Notes under the pieces: model-generated
The model's database searches: none
The model's input: the letters and a program-made list of their open reading frames with translations, nothing else
What the model was told of the DNA's origin: nothing
Shown here: in pieces, positions 12,201-26,144 of the stretch
Numbering within the stretch: position 1 is the first letter of the stretch
Layout of the letters: each line of letters starts with the position of its first letter
From: Anthoceros angustus
Lineage: Eukaryota > Plantae > Anthocerotophyta
DNA: 64,000 nucleotides
Direction: 5' to 3'
Assembly: GCA_010909165.1 (NCBI GenBank)
Contig: MU008211.1
Coordinates: 186,001-250,000, forward strand
Translations under genes and position numbers: made by a program

Positions 12201-15200
12201 TGGACAACCATCGGGCATGATTCCATGCTCCGGAATTGCGTACCTCACCATTCAGCGGATATCTCGGGCATGAACGCCCCTCGCGTTCTAATCTCCTCCT
12301 TCCCGGGCGCACGTCGCCTCACCTAGCTCGTCCGTTAGTAGCCCCAAGTGGCGTGGATCTATCCAAATCCATGCCTTCTTGCTTCCTCGTTGCTTCCACC
12401 TCCTTCTCCTGCAGTTTCTTCTAAAGCATCCTCCTTCTGGGGACTTCCATTCTGCGGCTGCCTCGTGACGGCTTGCTCCCATTCACCTCTTGCCTTCCTG
12501 CATCCATGTCCTCTTGGGTGATTTCCCATGAATCCGCCTCCTTCTCCTGCAGTTTTCTTCAAACTTGTCATGGGATGCATCTCCTTCCTTTTGCCAACTC
12601 GTGGCCTCCACTTGCAGCCCTCTGCTCACCCTTGAGGCATTTCAGCCTCCTCCTCGCGCCCATCTGGCGCCTATCCTCTCTCGGTTCCAGTTGTCCTGCT
12701 GCGGCTTTTCACTGGCGCTCCCTTCTTGCTTGGCCTTCTTCTGGGATATCCTCTTGCCTTCCTAACAATATCCTACAACTCCGACTTCAAGATTCTCGGA
12801 AAATTTCTTGGCATGCTCCTCTTCAATCGTTCTAGCCAAAAAAAATCAAACTTGTTGTCTTGGCTCTTTTGGGCTGGTTGCCCAAACTTTTCGTTCCACA
12901 TACTCCCCACCTCACTGTTTGCGTCCTCGCAAACAACGAGTACTCGGGTTGAAGGTACTTCTTGACCTTCCACCCATTGACTACGGTGCAATTCGCCCTA
13001 CGAGTTGCAGATCCATTCTCGTATCTGCGACCACCTCGTAAGGTCCCATCCATCTTCAGCTTCCTGGAAAGTCTAGGTATCGACTATCATATAGAAGAAC
13101 CAAATCCCGTCCACGATAGTCTCTTGCTTCCTCAACCTCCCATCATGCATCTTTTACGAGTTCTGAATCCGTGTTTCCTAAAGCATCTCCCTACGTTCCT
13201 CCTGCTCTATGAACGATTCTAGTCTAGCTACCTGGCTATCCTCTACAGTCATGCGTTCATCCTCCATGATCCTGTAGGTAGGTACTTCAAATTCCACGGG
13301 CATCACAGGAGACATGCCATATGTTAGGTAATAAGGGGTCTTCTTGGTGGTTACCTTCTCCGCGGTCCTGTAGGCCCACAGTGCTGAATGCAACTTAGCA
13401 TCCCAATCATACATGTGTGTTACAGTTACCTTGGTGAGGATTGTGCACAGCAACCCGTTCGTCTTCTCCGTCAATCCATTCGCCTTGGGGTTGTAGTCGT
13501 CTTCGATCGAATGTTGAAGTAGGTGGTTAGGGACTCAACGGCGAGTTGAGGAAATGTGTCCCCGGTCATGACCAACTCTAAAGGACATCCGTGTTATGAT
13601 GTTCTCGAATAAAAACTTTGCTCTGCGGTCGTCATCCTTCCTTTTGCTTACTTCCACCATCTTGTACAATAATCCGTAGCCACCAAAATGTCTGCTTCCT
13701 CGTCCATTGCGTTGGTGGTTTGATTCTGATCGATTCCCCACTTCTCGAAGGTGCTAACGGTAAGATGTAGGTAAGAGGCCATTGTGTCGACAATGTAGGC
13801 CGCCCAACCCTCGACACGCATCACACCTCGGTGAACTCCCACATCCTTTTGCGCCGTAGCCCACGAAAAGCATTCAAAATCTTCTTAACGGTCACTGCGA
13901 ATAGTGTCCACCTCTTACGCATGTAGTGCCTCTCGTGGCCAGTGAGCTTCTTCAACCTCGAGGCATCGATTTTATCGTCCGGACCTTGTTTACGGACACC
14001 GCCTCAAGCGTGGGCGAGGCTTTATGGAGAAAACAGCTCGCCTCCTGGACAACCATCGGGCATGATTCCATGCTCCGGAATTGCGTACCTCACCATTCAG
14101 CGGATATCTCGGGCATGAACGCCCCTCGCGTTCTAATCTCCTCCTTCCCGGGCGCACGTCGCCTCACCTAGCTCGTCCGTTAGTAGCCCCAAGTGGCGTG
14201 GATCTATCCAAATCCATGCCTTCTTGCTTCCCGTTCACATTCTCGGCTGCGGCTCATTTGCATCCTCCTTCTGGGGACTTCCATTCTGCGGCTGCCTCGT
14301 GACGGCTTGCTCCCATTCACCTCTTGCCTTCCTGCATCCATGTCCTCTTGGTGATTTCCCATGAATCCGCCTCCTTCTCCTGCAGTTTTCTTCAAACTTG
14401 TCATGGGATGCATCTCCTTCCTTTTGCCAACTCGTGGCCTCCACTTGCAGCCCTCTGCTCACCCTTGAGGCATTTCAGCCTCCTCCTCGCGCCCATCTGG
14501 CGCCTATCCTCTCTCGGTTCCAGTTGTCCTGCTGCGGCTTTTCACTGGCGCTCCCTTCTTGCTCATTTGGCCTCTCTGGCAACAAGACTTGCTGGTCAAT
14601 TCTTAGGCCGTCTTCGACATGCTCACGTCCTCCCCTTGACCCGTGGCGACCAGCTCCTCGTCAGGAAATCGGTCGTCCGTGGCCTCAAGTCGCTCTCCAG
14701 TTTTCAGACGAGAAATGAAATCAGCATTACGATGTTGCTTCCAGCCTAGTTTCTCGTCGTAGTCAAACTCTTGCAGCGATGGTACGGCAATCCTTCGACA
14801 AATCGGCTTGTTGACAAGATACTTCAGCAAAATGGTCAACATGAAGCGTCACCTTGCAAGCAAGCGGATAGTGTCTAAACTTCTTACGAGTAAATGATAC
14901 CAAGACCCTCCGCTCCGTGGTTGAGTAGTTCTTTTCGTAGTGGCATCTCCGGCATAGAAAATCGGATGATCCGTTTCTTCTCGTCCTTACGGCTTAGAGC
15001 GGTCCCAATGGCATAGCGGACACATCACGTATACATGAAGCGGTTTCTCCCAATCCGGTTGTAACGTTGGCGCTCACCAAGCATCCTTCAGCTGAAAAGC
15101 CTCACATCTTGCGTTGTCCATTCGAAGGTGTATCCTTCTTGGTCAATTGTGTCAACAAGGCTGCCTTCTTGGCGAAATCCTTGATGAACCTCTGTAATAT

Positions 15201-18200
15201 CCTACCAGCCCTACAAAAGCACTTTGCCTCACCGTTTGTGGTCGTCCATCTCGACTATATGCTACCTTCTCCCTATCTACCTGCAATCCTCGTACAGAGA
15301 CTCGATGTGCCAACAAAATGCCCTCCGTCATACCAAAATAACACTTCCCCGGATGAAGCTTCAAGTTCGACTCTCTGCACTTTTGGAAACACTGTCTCAA
15401 ATGATCTAGATCGAGTTCTCCTCCCAAACAAAAATCATCTAGGAATACCTCCATGAACTTCCTGAAATCTCGAATATCGCGTTCACCACCTGGAAAGTGG
15501 CGGGGCATTACACAACCCGAAGGAGCTTGAATAAGCGTAAGTTCCCCAATCCGTTGTGAGCGTTGTCTTGTCACGATCCTTCCCAGCGAAATCGATTGTA
15601 CCGAATCATCAAGCTGTACATCTCTATGCCACATGTCGGCTGTCCATGAAAGGTAAAGGGTGATGATCCTTCTTCGTTGCTTCATTGAGCTTCACGAAAT
15701 CTGCAGAACCTTTCCTGCTTCTTGGTACAATCACGATGGTGCGACCCACTCCAGTGAGCCTTGGATAAATTACTGCTCCAAATATTGGTCGATTGATCCT
15801 TAACAACCATGGAATACTTGGGATTGACTGTATTGCTTGATCCTCCGGTCTTGCCCTCCTTCAATCGATTCGATGTATCCCGGTTCTTAGGTATTCTGTC
15901 ATGTCGGTAATCTTGAAGGCAAACACATCGACATACTCCCTAAAGCTACGAAACTCTTCTCTATCCTAGATACCTAGAAACCTTGACTACCTTGCGGTTC
16001 TAACTCTAAGTCCTCTACGCCGGGATCTACATGTTCCTTTGGTGCTACCTATCTTGGTTCGGATCCCTCTTCGGAAAATCTCGATCATAAGCTTACCCTT
16101 CAAAAGGCTACTCCTCTCTATGGGCCTCATCTTGATTCTTCTCGACTTCCTCTATATGAAGCATGAATACACCAAAATCACTCTTTATTTGGTGACCTCA
16201 TGAGGACCCGATATGCTCGATCCTTTGCAGGAGCTTACCCCGTGCTACGAGGTGTACCATCGGTGGGTTGAGACTCCCCTCATAGGAGCCTTGCTCCATG
16301 ACACAAAGCGATCGCGCGGTCCTTCTCGGACTTGAAGGTGATGCCACTCGACCAAAATCAAAAACATCGTACCATACAACCAAGGCCTACCTATCAAAAC
16401 CTTATAGCCTAAATCCGAGCGGCGCATCACAATGTAGGTAAGATGGAAGGTGAGACCCCAATCACGTGGTACATTCTTGACACCTAGTGGCTTCCTCCTC
16501 TCTTATGACCATCGGCCAAAATACGGGCGGGTGAAACTCGGTGAACCCAAGTTGATGGTCTCCTCCGTCATCAAGTTGACTCCGATCCGAATCTAATGGC
16601 ACGTTGGGCACCAAACACGAAATCATCCGGAATACCTCCATGAACTTCCGAAAATCTCGAATATCGCGTTCACCACCTGGAAAGTGGCGGGGCATTGCAC
16701 AACCCGAAGGAGCTTGAATAAGCGTAAGTTCCCCAATCCGTTGTGAGCGTTGTCTTGTCACGATCCTCCTTCCTTTGATTGTACCGAATCCATCAAGCTG
16801 TACATCTCATGTCACTCATGTCCTGCATGAAAGGTAAAGGGTGATGATCCTTCTTCGTTGCTTCATTGAGCTTCACGAAATCTTGACACACGAACCTTTC
16901 CTGCTGCTTCTTGGTACAATCACGATGGTGCGACCCACTCTTTGGTGAGCAGGATAAATTACCTGCCTCCAAATATTGAGTGATCCTTAACCATGGAATA
17001 CTTGGGATTCACTGTGTTGCTTGATCCTCAGTCTTGCCCTCCTTCAATCGATTCGATGTATCCCAGTTCTTCGGTATTCTGTCATGTCGGTAATCTTGAA
17101 GGCAAACACATCGACATACTCCCTAAAGCTACGAAACTCTTCTCTGTCCTAGATACCTAGAAACCTTGACTACCTTGCGGTTCTAACTCTAAGTCCTCTA
17201 CGCCGGGATCTACATGTTCCTTTGGTGCTACCTATCTTGGTTCGGATCCCTCTTCGGAAAATCTCGATCATAAGCTTACCCTTCAAAAGGCTACTCCTCT
17301 CTATGGGCCTCATCTTGATTCTTCTCGACTTCCTCTATATGAAGCATGAATACACCAAAATCACTCTTTATTTGGTGACCTCATGAGGACCCGATATGCT
17401 CGATCCTTTGCAGGAGCTTACCCCGTGCTACGAGGTGTACCATCGGTGGGTTGAGACTCCCCTCATAGGAGCCTTGCTCCATGACACAAAGCGATCGCGC
17501 GGTCCTTCTCGGACTTGAAGGTGATGCCACTCGACCAAATCAAAAACATCGTACCATACAACCAAGGCCTACCTATCAAAACCTTATAGCCTAAATCCGA
17601 GCGGCGCATCACAATGTAGGTAAGATGGAAGGTGAGACCCCAATCACGTGGTACATTCTTGACACCTAGTGGCTTCCTCCTCTCTTATGACCATCGGCCA
17701 AAATACGGGCGGGTGAAACTCGGTGAACCCAAGTTGATGAGTCTCCTCCGTCATCAAGTTGACTCCGATCCGAATCTAATGGCACGTTGGGCACCAAACA
17801 CGCAATTTCAACCTCAATCTCGGGTGCCCCCAAATCAATGAGTTCGACCACATTTACCTCCAGGCGTTTCTCCTCCTACTTGATTCCCGATCGCCTCCTT
17901 CACAATTTTGCGGGATCTCGGACTCACCGCAAGCAACTGTCTCAAACTGACCACAAATTCGCGGTCAAGCAATGCGTCAGCGAAACTGGAGATCTTATCT
18001 GACAAGGTTTCCTCCCCGCTTGCAGCCCTGACGCTGGTCGATTCCGACCTTATTGGTAAAGTTCCTGATTCCATGATCCCTCCTGTCGGGTGGGACCCTA
18101 TACCCGGCGGATCAACAATTTACGGCTCGCCACCTCTTCTTCCGTCGGGTGAGCTGTTTAGCTCATCTTCGCCGCGCCTTCTCGGCTGATGTCGGGAGGA

Positions 18201-18950
18201 AACGCGGTTCGTTCCTCTCCTTCCCTTGGCCCTTCGCCCACTCACCGGGTAGTCGCCTGCCTATCCTCAGAGGGGTGCCGACCACCTGGTAGTCCGTGCT
18301 GGTGGCCCGTTCCTTCTCCTTCTCACGCGGGCGCGGCGTCGTCTGGAGGCCAGAGTCGTCCCTCACCTTCCTCCGCTTCCTTTCCTCTCTCACGCCGTTT
18401 TCCGCCGGCCTTTCTCGGCTTGATCGGTGGTCACCTTGGCCACCATCAATCCTTCATCGCTCATCTCTCCTTCATACCCTTCCTCCACAATTCGATGTCA
18501 TGGATTAGAAATCATACTCGCCTCCACCTTCAACGGTGTCGTGGTTACGGTCATCGCGGTCTCGGGATTGGGCCTTGCCTCCTCTCTGGGCTCGGTCGAC
18601 ACTGGTGCCAGGTGCCACTCGCGCCCGCACAGGATCCCCATCTTATGTCCCCAATTCCTTGCGGACTTGACAAAAGGTACATAACCCACTTGTTTTCGTG
18701 GTTACGGACATTCATTTGAGTAGTGACACGGTGCTCCATAATTATAACATCACTGTGGAATCGCCATCGGCCTGTGATGGATCTGGTCTCCATGGTCTGG
18801 CGATGTCGGTCGCGATCCATACCTGAGGGGTGGCGTGTGGGGTTGGTAAGTCGCCCTCATTGGAGGTGGCCGACTTCGGTGGCGCTGCACTAGTAAGCTT
18901 CATCTACATACCAATAGTCCTGGCATGACGGTTTCCATGATTCTGACGTG
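9203..18950 (-). mobile_element. Gypsy G1 internal region: decayed gag 3' part, protease, RT, RNase H, integrase (frameshifted, with tandem duplications)
   Basis: Integrase: FEKWGID, ILVATDYCTRW, FLFENIITRYGCPLELVSDRG, WDAKLHSALWAYRTAEKVTTKKTPYYLTYG. RT: KFMEVFLDDF, LKLHPGKCYFG, ATKKDHHPLPFMD. RNase H end: LQEFDY...HRNADFISRL. Protease: VPLDS near 17770. The order PR-RT-RH-INT is Ty3/gypsy. Confidence 0.9.
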
Positions 18951-18979
18951 GCGTAGTGTGAATACATTCACGTGGGTTG

Positions 18980-21008
18980 AAGACCCGTGTCGTGGGACAC
19001 GGTGAGTCCACATTACCCTCAATGTCGTTGTAGTCACGGATTCGCTCCCAAGGGAATGGTTTGTGCCAAAAGACGCTATCTTCTATCACTACCAACCTTT
19101 GCCTAAGCTTTGACCGGACCGCTACCACTTCGCACCTATCTACTTCACTACCACCTGTCTTGTCCCACGGATCTAACTTCCCGACCGCAAATCTGTTCCA
19201 CGACCCCCGTTCCGGAGCCACTACCACGGTGACTCTCACTACGGGTAGTTACTACAACCACCGAGGTGGGTCCCACACCAAACCCTAGCAACTCATCTCG
19301 GCGCTGGCGCTGCGGATCCTCACGCGTACGCATTGCTCCGCAGATCGGGTGTTATTTTGCACTCCACACTTCATGCACACACATTCCTAGGGACCAAAGT
19401 TCTAGGATACCTCTCACCTCACACACACACACAAAAGGCGCCACACCACACGATTTCCACAAGCGTTGTTTCCCTTGTGCACTTCCAAGCATGACCGGTT
19501 GGAGTTTCAACCACACACAACTCTTCACCGCGTCCCACTCGCTCTCCTTCTCTTTCCACTCATGATCTCACACTCCATAGCAGCATCTGACGATCTCCTT
19601 CTCGATCTCTCTCCTCTCTCTCTCTCTCCTCAATTCGCCATGAGCTTCAACCATCCACTCAACACTTCTCTCAATTTGAACAACTGGCGGATCAAGGGTG
19701 AAGGAAGAAAGAATCCTCGGGCGCCAACGGTACGGCAAGCTCGAGACCCGCCCGCGCCAATCCTTGGTTTCCTCCTCCTTGTCGCCAAAATTGCTCCATC
19801 ACCCCTCCGGTTGCGAGCAAGCTGCACCGCCCCGCGCCAATCCTTGGTTTCCTCCTCCGTTGTCGCCAAAATTGCTCCATCACCCCTCCTTCCCGCCAGG
19901 AGCAAGCTCTCGACCACCCCTAGGAGCATCTCGCGCACACCACCTCTCAATCGGGCGTCTCCAACCAGCCATGTAGCGTGGGGATCTCAACCAGAGTTAT
20001 CGATGTGAGGCACAACCAAGCCCCTTTATACAATTCTTTGGGCGTCATAGCCACCGGACTTTCCAAGTCCTAAAATGGTGACAGGCGCCCCTACAATTTC
20101 GGATGACCTTAGGTCCGGGATGGCATCCTATCCAAAGTTCTATTCCTAGGATGCCACTACTCCCACCCATGTTATCTCACTTTTCCGATTTGGTCGCTGC
20201 CCGTCCTTTGCTGCTGAATTTATGGGTCCTCCTTCCTCGTTCTTGATGCAGTAAATCCTCCCATAAACTCTCCTTTGTTTTCCATGATCCCAAGTCCCAG
20301 CTCCCTCACCAATCCTCCACCTCGGACCCTCCAATGGTCCATATTTGGCCATTAGGCGTTAAATTTCAACCTTGGGCGCCATGCTCACCAAACCCTCACC
20401 TGCGCCTCAATTGCGATAACTCGCCTCAGAATCTCCAACTTGGTCCCCAGGGGTTTCTTCCTTCCAGAATCGCGAGCTCACGCCGCCACGGGCATGCCCT
20501 TCTGACCTCGTGCGAGCTCGTGTCAGTTATGCAGAGCTACCACGCCCCTCGTGCCTTTCAAGTTCCCTTAGGGTTATATTTCCCCGAAAACTCTGGCCAA
20601 GGCTTGACCACTTCTTCTTCCGGCGCTCCTTCCTTCCACGACCGCCCGTCAGTTCGCCAAATCTTGAAACATAGTCCCTGATCGGCGACCACACAGTTCA
20701 ACTACCGGGTTGGTTCGACCTCTAGCCTACGGACCTCACGCCAAATATGGGGACCCCTGCCCCCATATATAGGCTTTCTATTAGATATTCCAAGACCAAA
20801 GGCCAAGGAGTATCGAGTTCATAGTCAAGGACCGATTATTATTCAACCCGAAACAACCCAAAAACTCATAGGCCAAGGACACTTTCTACTATAAATATCC
20901 CTTCCTACTCATAACCTAGCTCTTCTTGACACCAAACTTAACAAAAAAAACAAAAAATCACTCAAAGACACAATCCAACAGGGAGTTTCCAATACCAAAT
21001 CGTTTACA
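18980..21008 (-). mobile_element. 3' LTR of gypsy element G2
   Basis: ~2 kb direct repeat of 26145-28018. Ends 'cgtttaca', followed by PPT 'tactccccttctc' (21009-21021). Left end approximate. Confidence 0.8.
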
Positions 21009-24000
21009 TACTCCCCTTCTCATTTGTTGGCGCCCTCGCCAACTCATGTGTAATATTTCTTGACTCTCCAACCGTTGACCACAGTTGGTAAAGTCACCTC
21101 TAAGCTTATTGGTACATATGGAGCCATTTCGAAAACTTCAAGGACTTTATATGGCCCCATCCATGAAGGTGAAGCTTGCACGGAAAGTGCATATATCTGT
21201 TGTCATATGGTAGGTCCAAGTCACGAGGTACCACCCACCTTTCTCTTCCGTCCGGTCCCTCGATATAAAATGTCTACGTGGTGGACAAATGGACTCGAAT
21301 AATGCCTTTGAGGCATCTTGTTGTTATGAAAGGTCAGGGGATGCTGCCGATTCCGGGAACTCAAATATTTACGAATAAGTAGGCTGGTGTATCGGGATCT
21401 CCCCTTCTCATTTCTTTCTTGTACCACCATCACTTGCCGTCTTGGATTGCGGGCCGCTTCCCCTCCATCTACCGCCATGAACAACGCTTCGCCGGGAAAA
21501 TCGTCGTTTTGGTCTGTGTAACCTCCTCTGTTCTCACCTCGAAATGTAATCTGCATTCACATGTTTACTCCCTCCCTGGTCTCCACCGTGAGCGTGAATT
21601 CTGCAGAGTAGGATCCATCTTGCTATCGTCCGGACAAGTCGGTTTGTTTACGGTGTTTGAGGCGAAGTGGTCCACATGGAAGGCGAACTCGTGGGATAGC
21701 AAATAGTGGCGAAACTTGCGAACCGAGTACACCATTCCCAGCGCCTCCCTCTCGGTGGTGGGACACTTCTTTCTGCGTCGTGTGCCTCCTGCATAATAGA
21801 TTGGATAATCGTGCTTCTTGTCATCCCTTTGGCTTAGAATGGTACCGATTGCATAGGCGAGCGTCTACAAACACGTGGAATTTCTTGCTCGATCCGGTCC
21901 CATGGCGTGTGATCGGTGGTCGAAGATCATTGAAGGCCTCCTCGTTTTCGTCCATTCCACTCCACGGTCCTTGCGAAGCGATTACATGTGGGCTGCCCTT
22001 ACGGAAAAATTCTTCACAAACCTTGATAATAGCCTACCATTCAGGAATCCCTAAGCTCCTTGATGTGGTAGGTGGCTTGAGGCGGTAATGATTTTGACCT
22101 TATCCGGGTCGACCTCTATCCCGTGCAATCACGGTGCCCCAACAAAATACCCTCGGCATGCGAAATAACATTTCTCGGGATGTAGACACAATTAGATGCA
22201 GTGACACCGTTCGGACATTTGCGAAGGTGGTTGAGGTGATCTTTTTGCTCAAACACGAAGTCGAAGACCTCCATGAAGTCCCTAAGGTATTCCTTGAAAA
22301 TCTTGACAAGTCGCATGAAGGATCACTGGTATTAATCCGAGCACTCCGTTTGTAGGCATAGGTTCCCGATGCATGGTAGAAGGCATGTGGCCAATCACTC
22401 TCCACGAGATGGTGTTATACCGAATACCCATCCGAGCAGGTAGACCATTCTCCACCAACTAAGTCCGATTATGTTGTCTATGAATGGAGCGGGTAGTGGT
22501 TTTTGGTCACCTTGTTTAACTTCCTCCAATCTGACGGACCGTATCTTCATACGCTTTTGGGAACCACCACAATTGGGGCTACCCACTCCGATGTCACAAT
22601 AGGATATATAGCGTGCATAGTAGAGCTCAATTGTTCCTTTACCTTGAATACTTTGGATTTAGCTTGTATTGCGGTATCCGGGTACGACACGGCTCGAGAT
22701 CAATCTTGTGCTCCCCACTCCCTCGGTATACCCTTCATATACGTAACGTCAAAAGCAAAACGTGGATAAATTCATAGCAATTTGTTTCATACCCCTTTCC
22801 AAGTCGCATTCATCTGTTCGAAAACTTAAGGACCTTGCGGGCAACACTTCCACGTCCTTGACCTCATCATGCCACTCTCTTTCCACCGGCGCGGATGTGA
22901 TGCGAACCCTTCCTCCATGTCTTGGTTCTCCTTGGCGCATTCCCCATTCCGGAATAGGTCGTGCGAGGTAAAGCGTGAGACACCCTCCTCGCACCCTCGA
23001 AGTTTGTCGGATCGTCGCTCCCTCGACCACCTCTACTTCTGTTCCTCGACCTCGTCCCCTTCGTCCGATCCTCCCCACCTTTGTCAATTGTGACTCCATA
23101 GCACCCTAATAGGTTGATGGAATGGGAATATCTCTAATCGTCCTCTTCATCGACCACGAAATATGCGAATGAATTTCTCCTTCTCATCCTCTCCCCAGGT
23201 ATCTTGAGAGGTGTATCCCTCCGTTTCGTGGGTGTCTCCCTGCGTATCTGCTCCAAGTCAAACATATCCTTCCTCCTTAATTTTGGGGTCCCGTCCAGGT
23301 TTGAATCCCACTTCCTTTCTTGCCCATTTGAAGGTGCAACGTGCCCCATACATCCATGTTAGTCAATGAGAACCTCATACCTGGCGCTTTTTGTTTAATG
23401 ACCACGTAGTCCATGAGTGCGGAATGGTACCAATATGGGTTAGGACTCCGTACTCCGGCGCCATTTTGGACATGTCCGGCCTAACACCTTTGATGTATGT
23501 TCTATCGCAACCCAAGCTTAGGCGGTCTCCTCTGTCATGATGTTGACCCCGACCCGGAATCTAGCGGCACCTTCTTGATTACACATCCATAATTTCTATG
23601 TAGCTCCATGGACACAGTCCATCATGGCCACCATATTCACAGCAAGGGTTTCGGCCTTGGGGTGGAAAGGTTCCGTCTCTTCTTGGGTTGTGCCGCCTTC
23701 AATGCCCCAGTTCTTTGGCGATGGATTGTCCACGAATGTCGATGTTATCATGAACTTTTGGTCCATGATAGCTTCCAAATTGAAAGGAACACACTGTTTT
23801 CTGTTTCTCCTTGCCAACCCCGTCATTTCAACAAGCGGTAGCTCTTTGAGATGTTGCGGTCGTTGAAGCAGGCGGTAGGTGGGTCGGTGGGTCGATGGAA
23901 AAGGCAGGGTCTGTTCGATTCTTGTCGGATCATATCCATAACTTCCCGACATCGGAGCGCCGACTCATCCTTTTTCCTCTTGCGGGTTTTCGCCCCATGT

Positions 24001-26144
24001 GTCGACTCGAGTCCCCCGTCTGTCCTTGTTTGCACTTCACCCTCGAATCCAGCGGTCTCGTGCTAAGGGAGTTACACTGTGATGCCATCCAAAATCGCAA
24101 TTCGCGTTAAGTGTGGCGTTCGTGCCTTGCTCCCGTCCATTTTGGATTCGCATGCCCTTTTTTTTCGGCTCCATCGAGTCCCTCGTCGGCCTTTTGTGGT
24201 TGGACTTCTCTTCCTTCCCGCTTTGATGAAGGCGCCTCTTCCTCCTCACTTGCGGACGTTATGGGCTCCACTCCGTTCTTCTTCTCTTTTCCCCGTTCCC
24301 CCTTCTTGGTGTCCAGCCTTCCTCTCGCCGCTCCGTTCGAGCGACCATCGCGGGGTTTCGTAATACCCACTATCCACATCCCCAACCCTTCCGGGCTCCT
24401 CGGTATGGCCTCGGAATCCTCCATCTGACCATGGCGCATCTTGACTTGCATTGCGGCAGGCTTTCTTTTGTCTGCGGGGGTGGGTCGCCGTGGGGAGGTT
24501 GAGCGATCCTCACATGTTTCGGTGTCGGCGGAGGCCAGCCGGCTCGTGACGATTGCTTGCACACCGACCTTTCAAAATCACCATTCCCACAGCGAGAGCG
24601 GAGGGGCATCCAGCAGCAAGATGCGAACCCTCGGCAATTGTAATGGCACTCATTTGCGGGGTTCCTTGCCATCGATTGCGAATACCCATACCAGGGGTTT
24701 CGTAAACTTGAGTACAAAGTCTTTGGTAGAGATCGGTGTTGCCTCTTGAATTTGGTATGTATCTTCCAAGCACATCTCCTCCTCCTCTTCCTCGTAGCCC
24801 AGCGGTTGCACTTTTGTTTGTGGGACGATTCGACCTCGAGTGCCCTACTGTCCACAAGTTGTTAGCGAAGAGATTCGCCCGCGCTCCGTAGCAACCCTTC
24901 TATCGTGGTCCTTGATGGCATTAAGATGGAGTTTCTCGGTTTGACCATCATTTCCTCCATCTTGTTCCTTGTTGCTCCACCTTTTTGGCTTTGTTTCCAC
25001 CTCTCTTCTCACACTCCGCGTCCTTCTGCATATAGCGCTCCTTCCCTTTTGCCGTCGTCTTGTTTCCCAGTCATTTTTCCTTCTTCCTTCTATCCCTTGA
25101 GCGCTCATCGTGAATTCTCCTCCGAATCCTTGGTCTCCTCTTGGTGGAGCTACCGAGTCGGTTGAAAACTATCCTCCTCCATGGGCTGTCGCCGGAGGAT
25201 AGTACTTCTTCTTCTTTTGTATTTCTTTTTGTCCTTGTGCCTTTCTTGAGTTCTTCTTCTTAGCGTTGGACTCCTCATAGTTGAGCGGCCTTGATCGCCC
25301 GATCCAAATCTTTCTCGGCTGGAGGCATGCGTGTCTTCCCATCTCCGCCCAATCCTCTTGCAAACCAGCGAATGGCCATTAGCTCCGAGTGCGGACCGGC
25401 CCGATCCGGTATGGAACCTTTCCACATAAGCTGCGGTGTCTCCTTCTTCCCTCTCCGCAATCCCTCGAGTTTGGACAAGACATATCCTTCCACATCGACC
25501 TCCTAGATCTTTCACAAAAGCTCTCTTCAAGGCCCCAAAGGTAGGCGGGGTGTGGAAGAAGCTATGTACTCCGCTTGTACCACTTGGCGCCGCTCCGCGT
25601 AAGACTCCATAAAGCAGTGGGCACGATCGCATCCTCACGGTTGGCGTCGGTGCTCAAAGCAGCTCGACAAACTCGTCGGGATCCTCATGGCCCTTCTTTT
25701 CTCCATACAGCGGGTAAGATTGCTTAGTAGTAACAGCGGGTCGGCCATAACTACGTGGTAGTACTTTCAGCTGCGGTGGTTGGCGGCCACTACGTGCGGG
25801 TGACCTCTACATTCACAGTTTGGTGGCGGTGGTCTAGGCAATCGAGATCAAAGACAAGGTGGGTACGGCCCTTATGCCGTACATGAGTTGGGAATCGAAT
25901 CAGATGGTCGATCCCTAGTTCCGTCGACTCCTGCCCTCTTCCTCGTCCGGCAAGTGTGATCACGCCCTCCTCGTAACTCTCTGCAATCTTTCCTGCTTGG
26001 CGTTGCCGTCTTGCGAGCGTTTACAGTCGGATCGAATCGCTTGTCTCCACAGGCATCCATCTATCAATCTAGTAATGCTAGACTCTACTTAGCTATGGTT
26101 AGTTCTACCTCGTCCTTGGGATTCCATTCCCGGCAGCGCCAAAA
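21009..26144 (-). mobile_element. Gypsy G2 internal region: decayed gag-PR-RT-RH; integrase core deleted, GPY/F tail retained
   Basis: Gag: AAYVERF, AIRWFARGL, DLDRAIKAA (~25200-25640). Protease: VPLDSGSGVNIMT (~23540-23570). RT: KIFKEYLRDFMEVF, PLPAPFIDNI. NADYISR/DDFPGEALF at ~21500, WMGPYKVLEVFENGS at ~21130-21165. Confidence 0.85.
26118..26141 (-). promoter_or_regulatory. Primer-binding site of G2, shortened tRNA-Asp-like (TGGCGCTGCCGGGAAT)
   Basis: 'attcccggcagcgcca' + 'aaa' immediately precedes the LTR start 'tgtgag' at 26145. Confidence 0.7.
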
